Shown one piece after another: positions 1-11,318 of a stretch of 64,000 bases of DNA. The notes below the pieces were generated by a model. It was not told the DNA's origin and made no database searches. It was given only the letters and a program-made list of their open reading frames with translations. Both the position numbers and the translations under genes were made by a program. How positions within the stretch are numbered: position 1 is the first letter of the stretch; every line of letters begins with the position of its first letter. The DNA is from Heterostelium pallidum. Lineage: Eukaryota. Location: the NCBI RefSeq assembly GCF_000004825.1, contig NW_008805078.1, positions 336,069-400,068 on the forward strand, in the 5' to 3' direction.

Positions 1-1641
1 ATTGAACGAAGCTTGGTTAATCGCATGCGGACTGCAACCTTCTGTTCTGTTTTGATGGAGGTAATCAACAATGTGCAGTTGGTAGGCTGCGGCAGCTTCA
101 TCCATGGCACCGGTATCAATGGAAAATCCATAGCGGAGAAGTTTGATCAGCATTGGAAGATCGCCAAGCCGACAGGCATTCTTGATGGGATCGATCGATT
201 TTAAATCTAGAAACGACAGACAATTCTCTAGTAGATAGTCTACTACCTCTGTTTGGCCAGCTTGAATACACCATGCCACAGTATATGGTTGACATCCCTC
301 AGTGCGATTCTCCTTGAGGAATTTCACCAGTTCCAAATGACCGTGTCTGGCTGCAATGGTCATTGCCTCTGGTGTAAATTCACAACCCATATCATGAATG
401 ATTTTCATTACTTGAATGTCACCGACTTGCGCTATCGCATTTATAGTTTTGGTCCTCTCACCTTCGTAGATCTGCTTATCGATGTACTTTGAAGAGACAA
501 AGTGGATAATATCCAAATCTCTACCTCGCAGAGCATAGTCATAGATAATTCCGGTATTGAATTTCGAAGGACCCTCGAAAGCTACCAACCATTGTAGTGT
601 CTTCAGATTGTTACGCTTGATTGCGTCGGCCTGTGATTTGTGTGCTTCGTATTCTGGAACATTCTTTGGGTAATACTTTGCCAACAACTCGAAATCGTGA
701 CCCAACAGATCTACCAACTCGGAACAACGATTTGCAGTGATTACCATTGAGCCGCTAATGATATCAGAGAAATGTTTCTGAACGAAATAAAACATTTCCA
801 AACCAACCTGTACTGTTTCATCCAACAATGACAAGTAACCAATAATCTCAGGTTCTTCGGTTTTAAATGTATATTTTTCCGTCAAAATTAAATTCAACAA
901 TTTCATATAGTTATTTCTAATGAATTTCCTAAATGTAAATATGCTGATGATTATCTCGGTCTGTGATGACATCTTTTGGTAAACATGTATCACTATATCT
1001 TCTTTGATTGCATGCTTATCACTACGACCATTAAAAATCTGGTTCACCTCTGTGATAGTGAAGGTGTCCAGAGTCATTACATAATCTACAGTCTCGATGT
1101 TGTTGGAAACACATGCATTATTAAGCAGTCTATGTTTAATTTGATGAGTGAATCCTTTGTCAACCAGAAATTCAACTATCTGCTTATTGCCAGAAAAACA
1201 TGCTTCCTCTAACACATTGTAGGACTTGCTATTGTTTGATTTGACGAGTTTCATTGCCAGTTGAAAGTAGCTATTGAAATTCTCATAGATGTCGGTTAGC
1301 ATCTTAAAGTCTGTATTGTAACGAAGGAAATACTGTAAGCCAGAAAAGTTAATCAGAGGTGTGTACAGATCGAGTCGTTCGTCATACTTGTCGAGTGACA
1401 TTGGTAGCTTCTTCAATACAGTTCTCTCTAGCTCCACACAAAGATCATAGTGTATCGACATCCAGTATTTCAATAGATTCATATATCTATTTTTGCAGAT
1501 CCATTTAAACGATAGACGATCCCATCTTTTAATACTGATTTCAGAATAGCCTTTGTCATCCTTATCGAAACTCCATAGTAATTTGAAGACTAAACTAGAT
1601 ATAACTTTATTAAATATAACCTTTTTAAATAAAATATCCAT
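1..1641 (-). CDS. Ankyrin-repeat protein, Dictyostelium family. The 5' end is complete with ATG at 1641-1639; the 3' end is cut by the window start.
   Basis: The minus-strand frame is open for 547 codons from 1641 to position 1 and is not in the ORF track because it has no in-window stop. Translation begins MDILFKKVIFNKVISSLVFKLLW and contains ankyrin-like units (AARHGHLELVKFL, ACRLGDLPMLIKLL). The 5' flank 1642-2090 is AT-rich. Confidence 0.6.
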   Translation of the reverse strand, partial: MDILFKKVIFNKVISSLVFKLLWSFDKDDKGYSEISIKRWDRLSFKWICKNRYMNLLKYWMSIHYDLCVELERTVLKKLPMSLDKYDERLDLYTPLINFSGLQYFLRYNTDFKMLTDIYENFNSYFQLAMKLVKSNNSKSYNVLEEACFSGNKQIVEFLVDKGFTHQIKHRLLNNACVSNNIETVDYVMTLDTFTITEVNQIFNGRSDKHAIKEDIVIHVYQKMSSQTEIIISIFTFRKFIRNNYMKLLNLILTEKYTFKTEEPEIIGYLSLLDETVQVGLEMFYFVQKHFSDIISGSMVITANRCSELVDLLGHDFELLAKYYPKNVPEYEAHKSQADAIKRNNLKTLQWLVAFEGPSKFNTGIIYDYALRGRDLDIIHFVSSKYIDKQIYEGERTKTINAIAQVGDIQVMKIIHDMGCEFTPEAMTIAARHGHLELVKFLKENRTEGCQPYTVAWCIQAGQTEVVDYLLENCLSFLDLKSIDPIKNACRLGDLPMLIKLLRYGFSIDTGAMDEAAAAYQLHIVDYLHQNRTEGCSPHAINQASFN

Positions 1642-2094
1642 AATCTAAATAATAAAAGTAACTTTTTGTTTCAAACATTTTACAAATATGAATTTACATG
1701 TGATGCCTAAAAATTTCCATTTTTTTGGTTACAAATATTTGATATTTAAATTATTTCGGCATTTTCTGTTCAATGAATTTATATATTTCCTTGAAGAATA
1801 ATTAATTCAAATCTATTTATTTTAAAGAATCATTCTTAATTTTTATTGGGCAAAGAAGTTTTTCAATAGTTTTCAGTGTAAAAAGCAATACATCCCTTGT
1901 CGTGTATACTTAGATGTAGCATGGATAATATACTTTACCAACTTCTATCTTTATCTCGAAACTATGACAATTGTATTACTCACAAAGAATAAACCTCATA
2001 ATTAAGTTCAATTTAAACAAGATCTGATCGAAATATCACAATTTAATTTAGATTAGCTTTATTTGCTAGTTATTATTAAAATTAATAAGTTTAT

Positions 2095-2979
2095 TTATTC
2101 TTGAGGACGACATTCACCAGCATGGCAATTCATTGAAAATTCGGGGAACATTGCATTGAATACATCTTGACTGTAAACACAATTTCCATTGGGTTGGCAG
2201 TCGAATTCAGATGGTCCTACCATTTCATTAATGATTTCAGTAATGAAAATTGAGCAATAAGTTGTACATTTGCATGCAGTGCTTTCACATTTAATGTGTT
2301 GAACCCCACTTCCATCGATATCAACAGTGCATTGTGATAGTTGACAACCAATAAATTTTGGTTCACCCGTTGGTTTGTAAAAAATATTAAAATTACATGA
2401 ACCGGTATTCGATGAAGAAGATCCTGTAAAGCCACATTGCATAGATACCGATACATTTGCATTACCAAAGTCTTGGTTGATAGCCTGAGAAGTTCCCAGA
2501 CAGCTGTACGATTTGTTTTGATAGATATAAATGGAATTATCACATTCGTAACCAGAGGAACATGCAGTGTTGGATGTACAAACACTACAATCTACACCTT
2601 GGTATGTTGGTGGACAAACACAGGTTCTATTGACAGGTAAAGGAGAATAAGTAGGTGGACAGAAACGACCACCATTCTGACAATTCATAATGTCCCAATT
2701 GTGGGTGGTATCGTTGTTGTATTGACATTGATCACCATTGTAGAGTGGATTGCAAATACATTGATAGTCTCCATTAGCTGTTGTCTGGCAAACTCCTTGG
2801 CCCCACACCGAATAGCAATCGGTAACACCACACGGACTGCTCACATTATTAAACACAAAAGTGGTGTCATCACAACTTTCGATATTTAATGTGTTTGCAC
2901 TTACAACAAAAGATGCCAATATAACAAATAATAATAATATAGTATTTGAAAGTGTAGACATTTTATAAGTATAATTCAT
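2095..2979 (-). CDS. Secreted cysteine-rich protein with EGF-like modules
   Basis: 294-aa ORF. The N-terminus has a hydrophobic signal peptide (LLLFVILASFVVSA). About 40 Cys occur in CxC/CxxxC spacings typical of EGF-like repeats. A stop is followed by an AT-rich 3' flank. Confidence 0.5.
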   Translation of the reverse strand: MNYTYKMSTLSNTILLLFVILASFVVSANTLNIESCDDTTFVFNNVSSPCGVTDCYSVWGQGVCQTTANGDYQCICNPLYNGDQCQYNNDTTHNWDIMNCQNGGRFCPPTYSPLPVNRTCVCPPTYQGVDCSVCTSNTACSSGYECDNSIYIYQNKSYSCLGTSQAINQDFGNANVSVSMQCGFTGSSSSNTGSCNFNIFYKPTGEPKFIGCQLSQCTVDIDGSGVQHIKCESTACKCTTYCSIFITEIINEMVGPSEFDCQPNGNCVYSQDVFNAMFPEFSMNCHAGECRPQE

Positions 2980-3254
2980 AAATATTTTAAATAAATCATC
3001 ATAATTAAATATTTTAGGGATACGAAATCTAAAAAAAAAAAAATAAGAATGATTTTATTTCGCCCATTACAATAAGATCCTATGATCTTTTTTCATTCAT
3101 TATGTATGAACAGATTCATCTATTAATTTTTTTTGCAAAAATGCATTTTATTTTCTTTTATATATGTTGGCTTCTTTCTATGATAGATTATCTAACACCA
3201 AGAAAAGTTTTACATACTGCTTAGTAATATAAATAAGTTACAGTTTTAACTTTT

Positions 3255-3445
3255 GAATCGATTTGTTACCACCACATATATATTTATTGCAATTACCACT
3301 AGTCATTTTTGAAGAAGCTTGTTTTTTTTTTTATGAAGACAAAGCGAAAAGCAGAATAGATAGAGGATACTAATATAAAAGGTTCAACCTACATAGTTAT
3401 TTATTTATACTTGTTGTCAATAAACTATAAACTATCATATTATTA
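3255..3445. repeat. Dispersed repeat, left copy, flanking the GTPase gene
   Basis: Shares blocks with 5672-5952: accaccacatata, gtcatttttgaag(a)agcttgtttttt, agaatagatagaggatactaatataaaagg(t/c)tcaacc, tacatagttat, tgttgtcaataaa. It is itself bracketed by imperfect ~30-bp direct repeats at ~3161-3200 and ~3471-3510 (atatgttgNNtNctttctatgat). Confidence 0.5.
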
Positions 3446-3976
3446 TTTATTGTTGTTATATTTTTTCTTTTACATATGTTGATTACTTTCTATGATCGAC
3501 TGTTACATTTCTTGTTAACTCTTTTTCACAATCTAAAAATTATTATTAGCATATCAGAACAAAACACTCTCTACAACGGTTTACTCAAATCTGTGTGGCT
3601 TCATTTTATATCTCCCAAAAATGAAAAAATTTTGCACAGCTTTAGTGTGCATAAAATCCAAAAATAGCTGTGCAAACAAAAACCCATCCTACAAAATGAA
3701 ATAACACATCTATAGTTGTTTAATCATATATAAAATAGTAAACAACAAACTTAAAAACTTAATTTTAAACTTAAATCTCCAATTTAATCCAATAAAAAAT
3801 AAAATAAATACTCTGATTTTTGCAATATATTATTAAAAGGATCAATCATTAATAAGTGTTTTTATAGGGAAATAATCACACCAATTTATCTATTCTTAAT
3901 TTTAATTACATACTTTCTATTCTTATAATATAAAAATTATTTAAACAAATTATTTACATCATTAGTCAATTTAAAA

Positions 3977-5458
3977 ATGACTTCATCAAATTATCTAGAA
4001 CATGATCTTAGACACACATTTAATAAAGTAAAAGAGAGTTTGAAGGAGGAAGAGAGGAAACCAGTATTTTTTTTCGTTGGTCCTGCTGGTTCTGGCAAGA
4101 GTTCTGTAATATGCAACCTCTGTGAAGTAAAGAAAGGTTCAGCCGAGTACACAAAGATGAACATCAACCCAGTCAAAACAGGCACAACTGAGAGCATTAG
4201 ATGCGACTCTACCAACTTAACATGCATTGACTATTGTGGTATGGAACGTAAAGAAAATATTTCCGACTATATTGAACATGTTAGTAAAACGCTTTCCAAG
4301 AATGAAGTAATGGATGTAGATTTTTTCATTGTAGTATTGGATAGTTGTGGCCCTCGAGATGATGATATCATAGCAACCTCTGATTTTATGTCAAAACTGG
4401 CACCAAAATACGATCGACAATTCATTGTGCTTTTTAACAAGATGGACAAAATCAAAACTGACGAAGAAAAGGTGCAATATGTACATAGAAAAGAAATTGC
4501 TAATTTAAATTTCAACCAAATCAAACCAAACAAAGGAAAAGGAATGTTTTATAACTTTTTTAAAATTCCATCTCTTTGCCTTGGTATTTTCGAAGTGTCA
4601 GCTGACCCAAGAAAGGAATTCGATACCGAATGCCCAAATGACGCATCACATGAGTCGTTTAAATCCAAGAATGGACGTATTTGTACGGATTGTAACATTA
4701 TTTGGGCGTATCCTGAGGCTGTAATCACCGAGAAGGAACTTAAAATGGTTACAAATGGCCAAATTATCGAGATAAAATTAGATCCCGTTGGATTTAGAGT
4801 ACAAGATGAAGCTATGAAGATGATATTGGGTAATTGTCGTGACAGTGCTTCATATGTCAAAGTTGCCAAGGCTCTTTCAAAGACTCATATTGAACTATTC
4901 CAGAGTATACCTCTTTTGGTAAAGAAGAACAATTCTTACATCACCAACTTTGCAAAGGCAGACAAGGAAATATGCAAGTCCATTGCAATGTTGTTTGACT
5001 TTAAGTTCTCATCTGATTCTCTAGGTGCTACAGAGGGAAAAAGATGGGAAGACCCCTCTACACTCAAAACCATTGCACAGGTTCTCACTACCCTTATCGT
5101 ATGGCCAATCAACGTGCTATTAACCGATCCATCAGAAGATCTTTTAGGTGCCTGGGCTCTATTCTATGGACTTCGATACCTTGAGATCAACAACGAACTC
5201 TTTCAGCTAGCATCCTCGACTGATCACCAGAATGAAGAAATTACCTTTGAAAAACTCAAAGCCATAGTAAAGACAGCTGAGAACAATGTTCCAGAGTCTA
5301 AAGTCGTAGAACTTCTAAACAGTATAAAGGCATCTAACCTCCAGACAGTTTGTGATCAGTTGATAAATAATTGTAAGAAAAATCTCCCTGAAAAGAATAA
5401 GGTTTTTAAAATAGTTAATTCTGCTCTCACAACAATTCAAACAGACAAAAAGAATTAA
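3977..5458 (+). CDS. P-loop GTPase of unassigned subfamily (AIG1/IRG/septin-like), with a Cys/His cluster in the C-terminal half
   Basis: Single 493-aa ORF. G1 Walker A VGPAGSGKSS, G3 DYCGM (DxxG) and G4 NKMD are all present in order. Downstream lies CPNDASHESFKSKNGRICTDCN, a zinc-ribbon-like segment. The start context is AAAATGA. Confidence 0.6.
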   Translation: MTSSNYLEHDLRHTFNKVKESLKEEERKPVFFFVGPAGSGKSSVICNLCEVKKGSAEYTKMNINPVKTGTTESIRCDSTNLTCIDYCGMERKENISDYIEHVSKTLSKNEVMDVDFFIVVLDSCGPRDDDIIATSDFMSKLAPKYDRQFIVLFNKMDKIKTDEEKVQYVHRKEIANLNFNQIKPNKGKGMFYNFFKIPSLCLGIFEVSADPRKEFDTECPNDASHESFKSKNGRICTDCNIIWAYPEAVITEKELKMVTNGQIIEIKLDPVGFRVQDEAMKMILGNCRDSASYVKVAKALSKTHIELFQSIPLLVKKNNSYITNFAKADKEICKSIAMLFDFKFSSDSLGATEGKRWEDPSTLKTIAQVLTTLIVWPINVLLTDPSEDLLGAWALFYGLRYLEINNELFQLASSTDHQNEEITFEKLKAIVKTAENNVPESKVVELLNSIKASNLQTVCDQLINNCKKNLPEKNKVFKIVNSALTTIQTDKKN

Positions 5459-5671
5459 TATCAACTAAACCAACAATAATAAAACTTTAGAAGTTTTATT
5501 CTTTCCTTTATGTAATCAAATAAATACCTCATTTAATTGTATTCATCTAAGAAATTGATTTTACCAATTATATACATACTTATTTTACTTTATTTTTCAA
5601 GTTTATATTATACTATAAAGTTAAATTTTTGATTCCAATTGCTGAATGTTTGAAGAAATGATGGTAGAACA

Positions 5672-5952
5672 GTACCACCACATATAATAATATTACATAT
5701 CTATGTTTGTTGATTGCGACTATCACACTATGTCATTTTTGAAGCTTGTTTTTTAAGTTGATTAGACATAATTGCTATACTTGTTGCATATGTTGCTATC
5801 GGTATCAGTGGGAGCGCAGCCATTGCTTTTATGAAACCATAACGATATGTAGAATAGATAGAGGATACTAATATAAAAGGCTCAACCAAAATTGAAGTCC
5901 AACCTACATAGTTATATAATTATGTTTGTTGTCAATAAATTATCATTATTGT
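5672..5952. repeat. Dispersed repeat, right copy, flanking the GTPase gene
   Basis: Diverged copy of 3255-3445 in the same orientation, with an internal ~90-bp replacement. It contains a short hydrophobic ORF piece. Confidence 0.5.
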
Positions 5953-5994
5953 TGTTATTTCACTATATTAAAAGTAATAAACAGTTGTTGTTAT

Positions 5995-6177
5995 CTATTT
6001 ATTTAGTGGTAAATTACATGTAAATTGACAGAACTCATATATTCGATTCTGCTTTGTAGAAGGTATTGTTAGCGTAAAGCCAGTCAAAGCCCATACTGGT
6101 GTTGTAATAAGTGCACCACTCCACACTCCAATGGTTGACAACGAAGAGAAAGTATGTTTTTTAAATAGTTTTGACAT
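5995..6177 (-). CDS. Possible small single-pass membrane protein (60 aa)
   Basis: The ORF uses an ATG start and has one hydrophobic segment (LSTIGVWSGALITTPVWALTGF). The GC content looks coding. It may be spurious. Confidence 0.2.
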   Translation of the reverse strand: MSKLFKKHTFSSLSTIGVWSGALITTPVWALTGFTLTIPSTKQNRIYEFCQFTCNLPLNK

Positions 6178-6933
6178 TATCGATAATAATTATTATTTGA
6201 TTGCCTAATCATGATTTGGTAAAGAAAACCTTTAAAAAAAACAAAAAAAAAATAAATTGTTTTTAAGATCTGCTAGATTTTTGATTGTTTTCATTAAGTC
6301 TTAGTTGTATAACATCTTTATTAATTTTTTTTTAAGAACATTTTAACTATGTAATTGTAATCAAGATAATTTAATTCTAAATACAAAAAAAATAACATTC
6401 TTCTATAAAATAGATAGTGAGACAGACACGCCATAATTTTAATGTCTTTTCTCAATTTGGTTCTTTGAAACACCAGTGTGGTATCATTTTATGCTCAGTT
6501 CCCAACGATTCCACCAGGATTGATTAAAATATAAAATATTTAGTAAAATAACAAAATATACTAAAAAAGTATTTTTTCTTTTTTTTAAAAAAATCTAATA
6601 TATTTTTATCAAACAAACAGTTTTTTTTTTTTTCCTAATTGTTTTTCGCGGTTGGTGTTTGATACCATTCTTTTTCTGAAAGATTCAAAGCTATCAAGAT
6701 CTAAAAAAACTCAGTATCAGAGACACTGAAAGTCATGTTGATCATTACCATTTTTAAACATTTGGATCGATATTTTTCTTTCAAAAAAATAAAAATAAAT
6801 AAAATAAAATAAAAGAACTTAATAATAATTTCCGATACTGCCTCCTAACTAGTGAAGTGTCATTCCATCATGATTACTTTCTTTTAAAAAAAAACAAATA
6901 TTTTTATTTATATAATCTATATTAATAATTTAA

Positions 6934-9900
6934 TTGATGTATTTAAATAAAATTTTTATATTTTTAATTATTGTTGTTCATTTTACTTTTTTAGTTAGTT
7001 CTCAAAATGTAAAACAATTCAATAATCATTATTATCAATATGTTAAAACCAACATGTCATCAACTCAAGCAGTTGACTATTGTGGTAAACAAAAATACAA
7101 TAGTTTGATTGGATATTTAGTAACAATTACCACCTTGGAGGAAAACAATTTTGTAAAAAGTAACTATCCAACATACTTTAATGATCAACAAAGTGTTTGG
7201 ATATCTGGTAGTGCTGAGACTGAAAGAGGTATCTACAGATTCAATAGTGGTCCTGAAAAAGGTGAATTAATGTATAACGTTTACACAGATCAAGTAAATA
7301 TTTAAAACATTTTGCTAAAAATAAAACTAAATTTAATACTAATATTTTATTTCAAAGTCATTTTACTTTACAGATTGGTCAGTTTATGAACCAAATATCA
7401 TTCCTAATCTAAATGAAATATTCGTTGTACATGCTACCTACGATAGTTTGTTTTGGAACAATGTAGATACTACTCTCAGTGGTGTACTTGGTTATGTGGT
7501 TTGTGAGTATGGAGGAATGGAACTACCTTTCATCCCAACAGTAAGGACTGTTGGTAATCAACGTGTAAATATTACAAACATTCTCAATTGGAACTTGGTG
7601 GCTGGAGTCAACACCGATATTGTTATCAATTTTAAGAGTTCAACTTTAAACAGTCAATTTAATATTACCAATTTTAGAGTAGTATCGAATAGCAGTATAG
7701 AAATACTGATTCCTCCTGGAACTGGAGCATATGTTGTCACACTATCAAAGAATACCTTGAGCTATCAAATCAACTTCCGATACCAAGCACCATATATATC
7801 TGTTGTATATCCAGTTTTAGCAGCCAATGGACTGTTCACGCTATCTGGTGATAATTTTGGAACCAATATTGCACTAGTCACCAACATCCAAGTTTCAAAT
7901 GTTAGTGTAGCTTGTACCAACCCTAAATTTTTACAACCATCCATTATAACATGTACTATAGCAAGTACATTTTCTGCCAGTAAACCACTTTATCCTATTA
8001 GAATCACAATTGATAATTTAACTCAGAAATCTGTTAAAACTGTTATATGTTAGTATCTATCAATTTGATAATTTTAAAACTCTCAAATTACTAACTTTAA
8101 TAATACTAGCTCAAAACAAAAGGTATTTCAGTTGTTGGCAAGCAAGTGGAGACTATCCTACCACTGTTGCTTATGCTTCAAATCAATTGGTTGAGGGTCT
8201 AAATGGATATTTAGGATTTATTGATACTCAAGCAACTCTTAATCTACTGCAACTTATGTGCACTGGAAATAAATGGTTAGGACCAGTTTATTGGACATCA
8301 TTGTACTATGATTTAACAAACAAAAGTAATTCAATATTTTTAATCAAATTAAAACAACTATCTTATTATACTTATTATTAATTTTTAATCTAAAATATAG
8401 GATATTCAACATACCAAGGACCATATAAAAACTCTGGAGTTAATGTCTTTCCCACTCCTACACCAAACCCAACAACATCACCCAATTATTTCTATTTCGA
8501 TTTTAGATCGACTGTGAATCAATATTTTTCATGGCAAGCATCCGAGAGACTTGGTGCAATAACTGAATTTATGGTGGATGGTAAGTTTTGATTAATTTAT
8601 TTATCAGACCAATAGCTCTAAACTAACTGTTGATGATTGTACATATAGTTCCAACTTTTGATACAAACCAAACCAATTGGATATCAACTACTGGTGGTAA
8701 TGTTACTTTTCCAATCAGTGGAGGTGGAACAATGTTGGGATATTCCTATCACTTTATATATCGTGGAAAAGATGTCATTGTAAACAGAGATTTCTTTGCA
8801 CCGGGAGTGCCTTTTACTTTTGACCCTGGTTATGGTGGACCTTATGATATCCAATTCTATTCTCTGTCTGGAACCACAATGAAGTTTACACCGGCAAACA
8901 CACAATCCGTTCAATATCTACCACCATCTATTAAACAAATGAATACGGTTCCATCAAAAGGAGGTGTTCTGACCATAACCGGAAATGACTTTTATACAAA
9001 CTCTAGTTTGGTGAGTGTTAAAGTTGGTACACAAACATGTCAGGATGTTAAAATTACAACACCTCACACTGTAATCACTTGTAGCTTGGCACCTGGTTGT
9101 GGAAGGCTGAATGCAGTCATTGTGGCACTTGACAAACAACCATCGAAATCAGTTAATATGAAATATGCTGATCCAACCATTCAACAAATATCACAGATAG
9201 GCGCATCCGACAGCTGGTTGACAATCACCGGTAATAATCTTCCAGACATTTCATTCCTTTCAATCAAACTTGGAAGTATTGTTTGTAGTAATCTGACTGC
9301 AATCTCACCTTTTACCCAGGTAAAGTGCTTTGTAACTATACCATCTGGAACCCTAACAGTTTCACAAACTCTCTCACTCCTCCAATGTGGAAATACATTT
9401 AATTCTACATTCAATTTCCAGAAACCACTTATCAAAGAAGCAACACCTGGAAATGTGAATCAAACTACACCAATAACAATATTTGGTAATTATTTTGGTG
9501 ATAGGAATTTGACTGTTACAATCGGTGGTGAGAGATGTTTTAATGCTACTACCAACATCGACAAAACACAGATTATATGTTACTTTAACGGTAGTACTCC
9601 ACAAAATGGAACTCAGACAATGGATGTAACTGTAACTGTTTCCGATGGAATAACAGGATCGAATCAAGTGTTCTATTACAACTCCATTGAGAAATGTCCA
9701 TCGATTAACAATCTAGAGTGTTCAGGCAATGGTATTTGTAGTCAAGGAACTTGTTATTGTAAGAGTGGCTGGACATTTGCCAACTGCTCGCAACCAACCG
9801 GTGGCAATGGTGGCACTCCCGAAACGAACAACAATGGAACTACAATCAATCCTTCGCTAGTAGACTTTGTCACATCGATTAGCCATCTTCGAGAGCTGAA

Positions 9901-10672
9901 TGAAATTGGTTCGCCTGTGAAAACACTGTCTCTTGCCAACAACATCCAATGGCAGAATCAAAGCAATCAGATAATCGGTAGCTTCGCCAATGAAACCGTA
10001 CAACTCGGGTTGAGTATCAACTATTATCCCGATGGCAAAACTATTATTTTCGCCGGTGAAACCATTGTAATTCCACCAAACTCCATAAAGTTTGAGATCG
10101 ATCTTGCCAATTGGACGTTTGCATCGGCATTGAATACTCTCGAGGTTATCATGCTCAGCAAGACTGCCCTCACGAGCGAAATAGATTGTCAGCCAATAGA
10201 TACTACCGGTCAGCTCACTGGCAATGCCTATTATATTACCTCGGGTAAATCGGTGCTAAAAGTTAGCTTCGCCAGTCATTTGTTTGTAGACGATCGTGTA
10301 AGCTTGGCTAACTATCAGCAACTGCCAGACGACGATCCAATCGTTGTGCAATCTAGACAACAGCCATCGAATGCCGATCAATTCCTCTACTATCTAGCTA
10401 TTGGTGTGCCTACATTCTCCGAAACCTGCAAGATCGATCCTAGTATGCAGTCTTTGGTGTTACCAAGCAGTGAGAATCCGGCAGACTGCACTCCGGCCTC
10501 CAATAAACTCGAGCGATGGAAGATCATAGCTATCAGCGTAGTATGCAGTGTTGTTGGTGTTGCAATAATTACCGCGTTGGCAGTTACATTCCACAAGAAG
10601 ATTCAATGGAATAAAGATAATCGTAAATTATCAAACAGATTATCTGTTATGAATACAAGTGAAGATAAATAA
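6934..10672 (+). CDS. Type-I transmembrane protein with a signal peptide, C-type lectin-like domain, IPT/TIG repeats, an EGF-like module and a TM helix (5 exons)
   Basis: Exons are 6934-7293, 7358-8052, 8132-8325, 8401-8580 and 8649-10672. Introns are GT..AG, 64-80 nt, and their phases agree. The CTLD spans exons 1-2 (CGKQKYNSLIGYLVTITTLEENNFV, WISGSAETERG, WSVYEPN, GYVVCEY). Later come IPT/TIG-like blocks (ITCSLAPGCG), an EGF-like module (CSGNGICSQGTCYCKSGWTFANC), a TM helix (IIAISVVCSVVGVAIITALAV) and a short tail. Exon 1-2 and 2-3 junctions are less certain than the others. Confidence 0.65.
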
Positions 10673-11318
10673 ATAAAATAAAAATAAATAAAATAAATTT
10701 GAAATCTAAATAAATAAAAAAAAAACATTCATTGTTGTGTCTGAAAAACAATCACTTACTTACATATACAACCTTAGATGTATGTAAATGTTTCAAAGAA
10801 TGTGGTTCAACAACAACAACATCAAAAATAAACGAATCCGAAGTGTTTGAATAAATAAAAAGAATCCGACTAGCCCACCTCTATGTCTTTCTAAATTTTT
10901 GGTGGTGAAGAATTGGGTGTAAAAAGGGTGAAAAAGTGTGTTTTAGTTGTTTTTTGTTTTTTTTTTTTTTTATAAAAATTTACAATATAATAATAATCGT
11001 GTTTTTATCAATTTAGATCGATAGAATCACTCTGTTTTTTTAATTATATACAAACTAGATATATATATATTTATTTATTTATTAATTATTTTCTAGTTTG
11101 TGGTGTGTTTGTGTTTCATTAGTTTAATACATAAAATCTTTATTTTCACTTCCAAAACAAAAAGAGAGAAGATAGAGTGAGTGAGAGACGGTGTAAGATT
11201 TAATTTAATTTTATCTAATAATATATTAGATTTAAATAGTAATTAAATAGATAGATAAACACAGATTAGATAGATAAATAGATATTTATTTATATTTATA
11301 TATACTTTTTTTTAGAAA

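Noticed and set aside
13-1212. Three short plus-strand track ORFs at 13-204, 253-492 and 976-1212
   Set aside because: They are antisense fragments within the 547-codon minus-strand ankyrin-repeat gene that is open to the window edge.
3255-5952. Interpreting the two direct repeats around the GTPase as LTRs of a retrotransposon
   Set aside because: The internal sequence encodes a single cellular-type GTPase with no gag/pol/RT. The repeats are diverged and differ in length. A local duplication or composite repeat is more parsimonious.
8684-10596. Seven minus-strand track ORFs (61-97 aa) spanning 8684-10596
   Set aside because: They lie antisense inside the well-supported IPT/TIG exon 5 of the plus-strand gene. 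They have no homology and read as random frames of a coding region.
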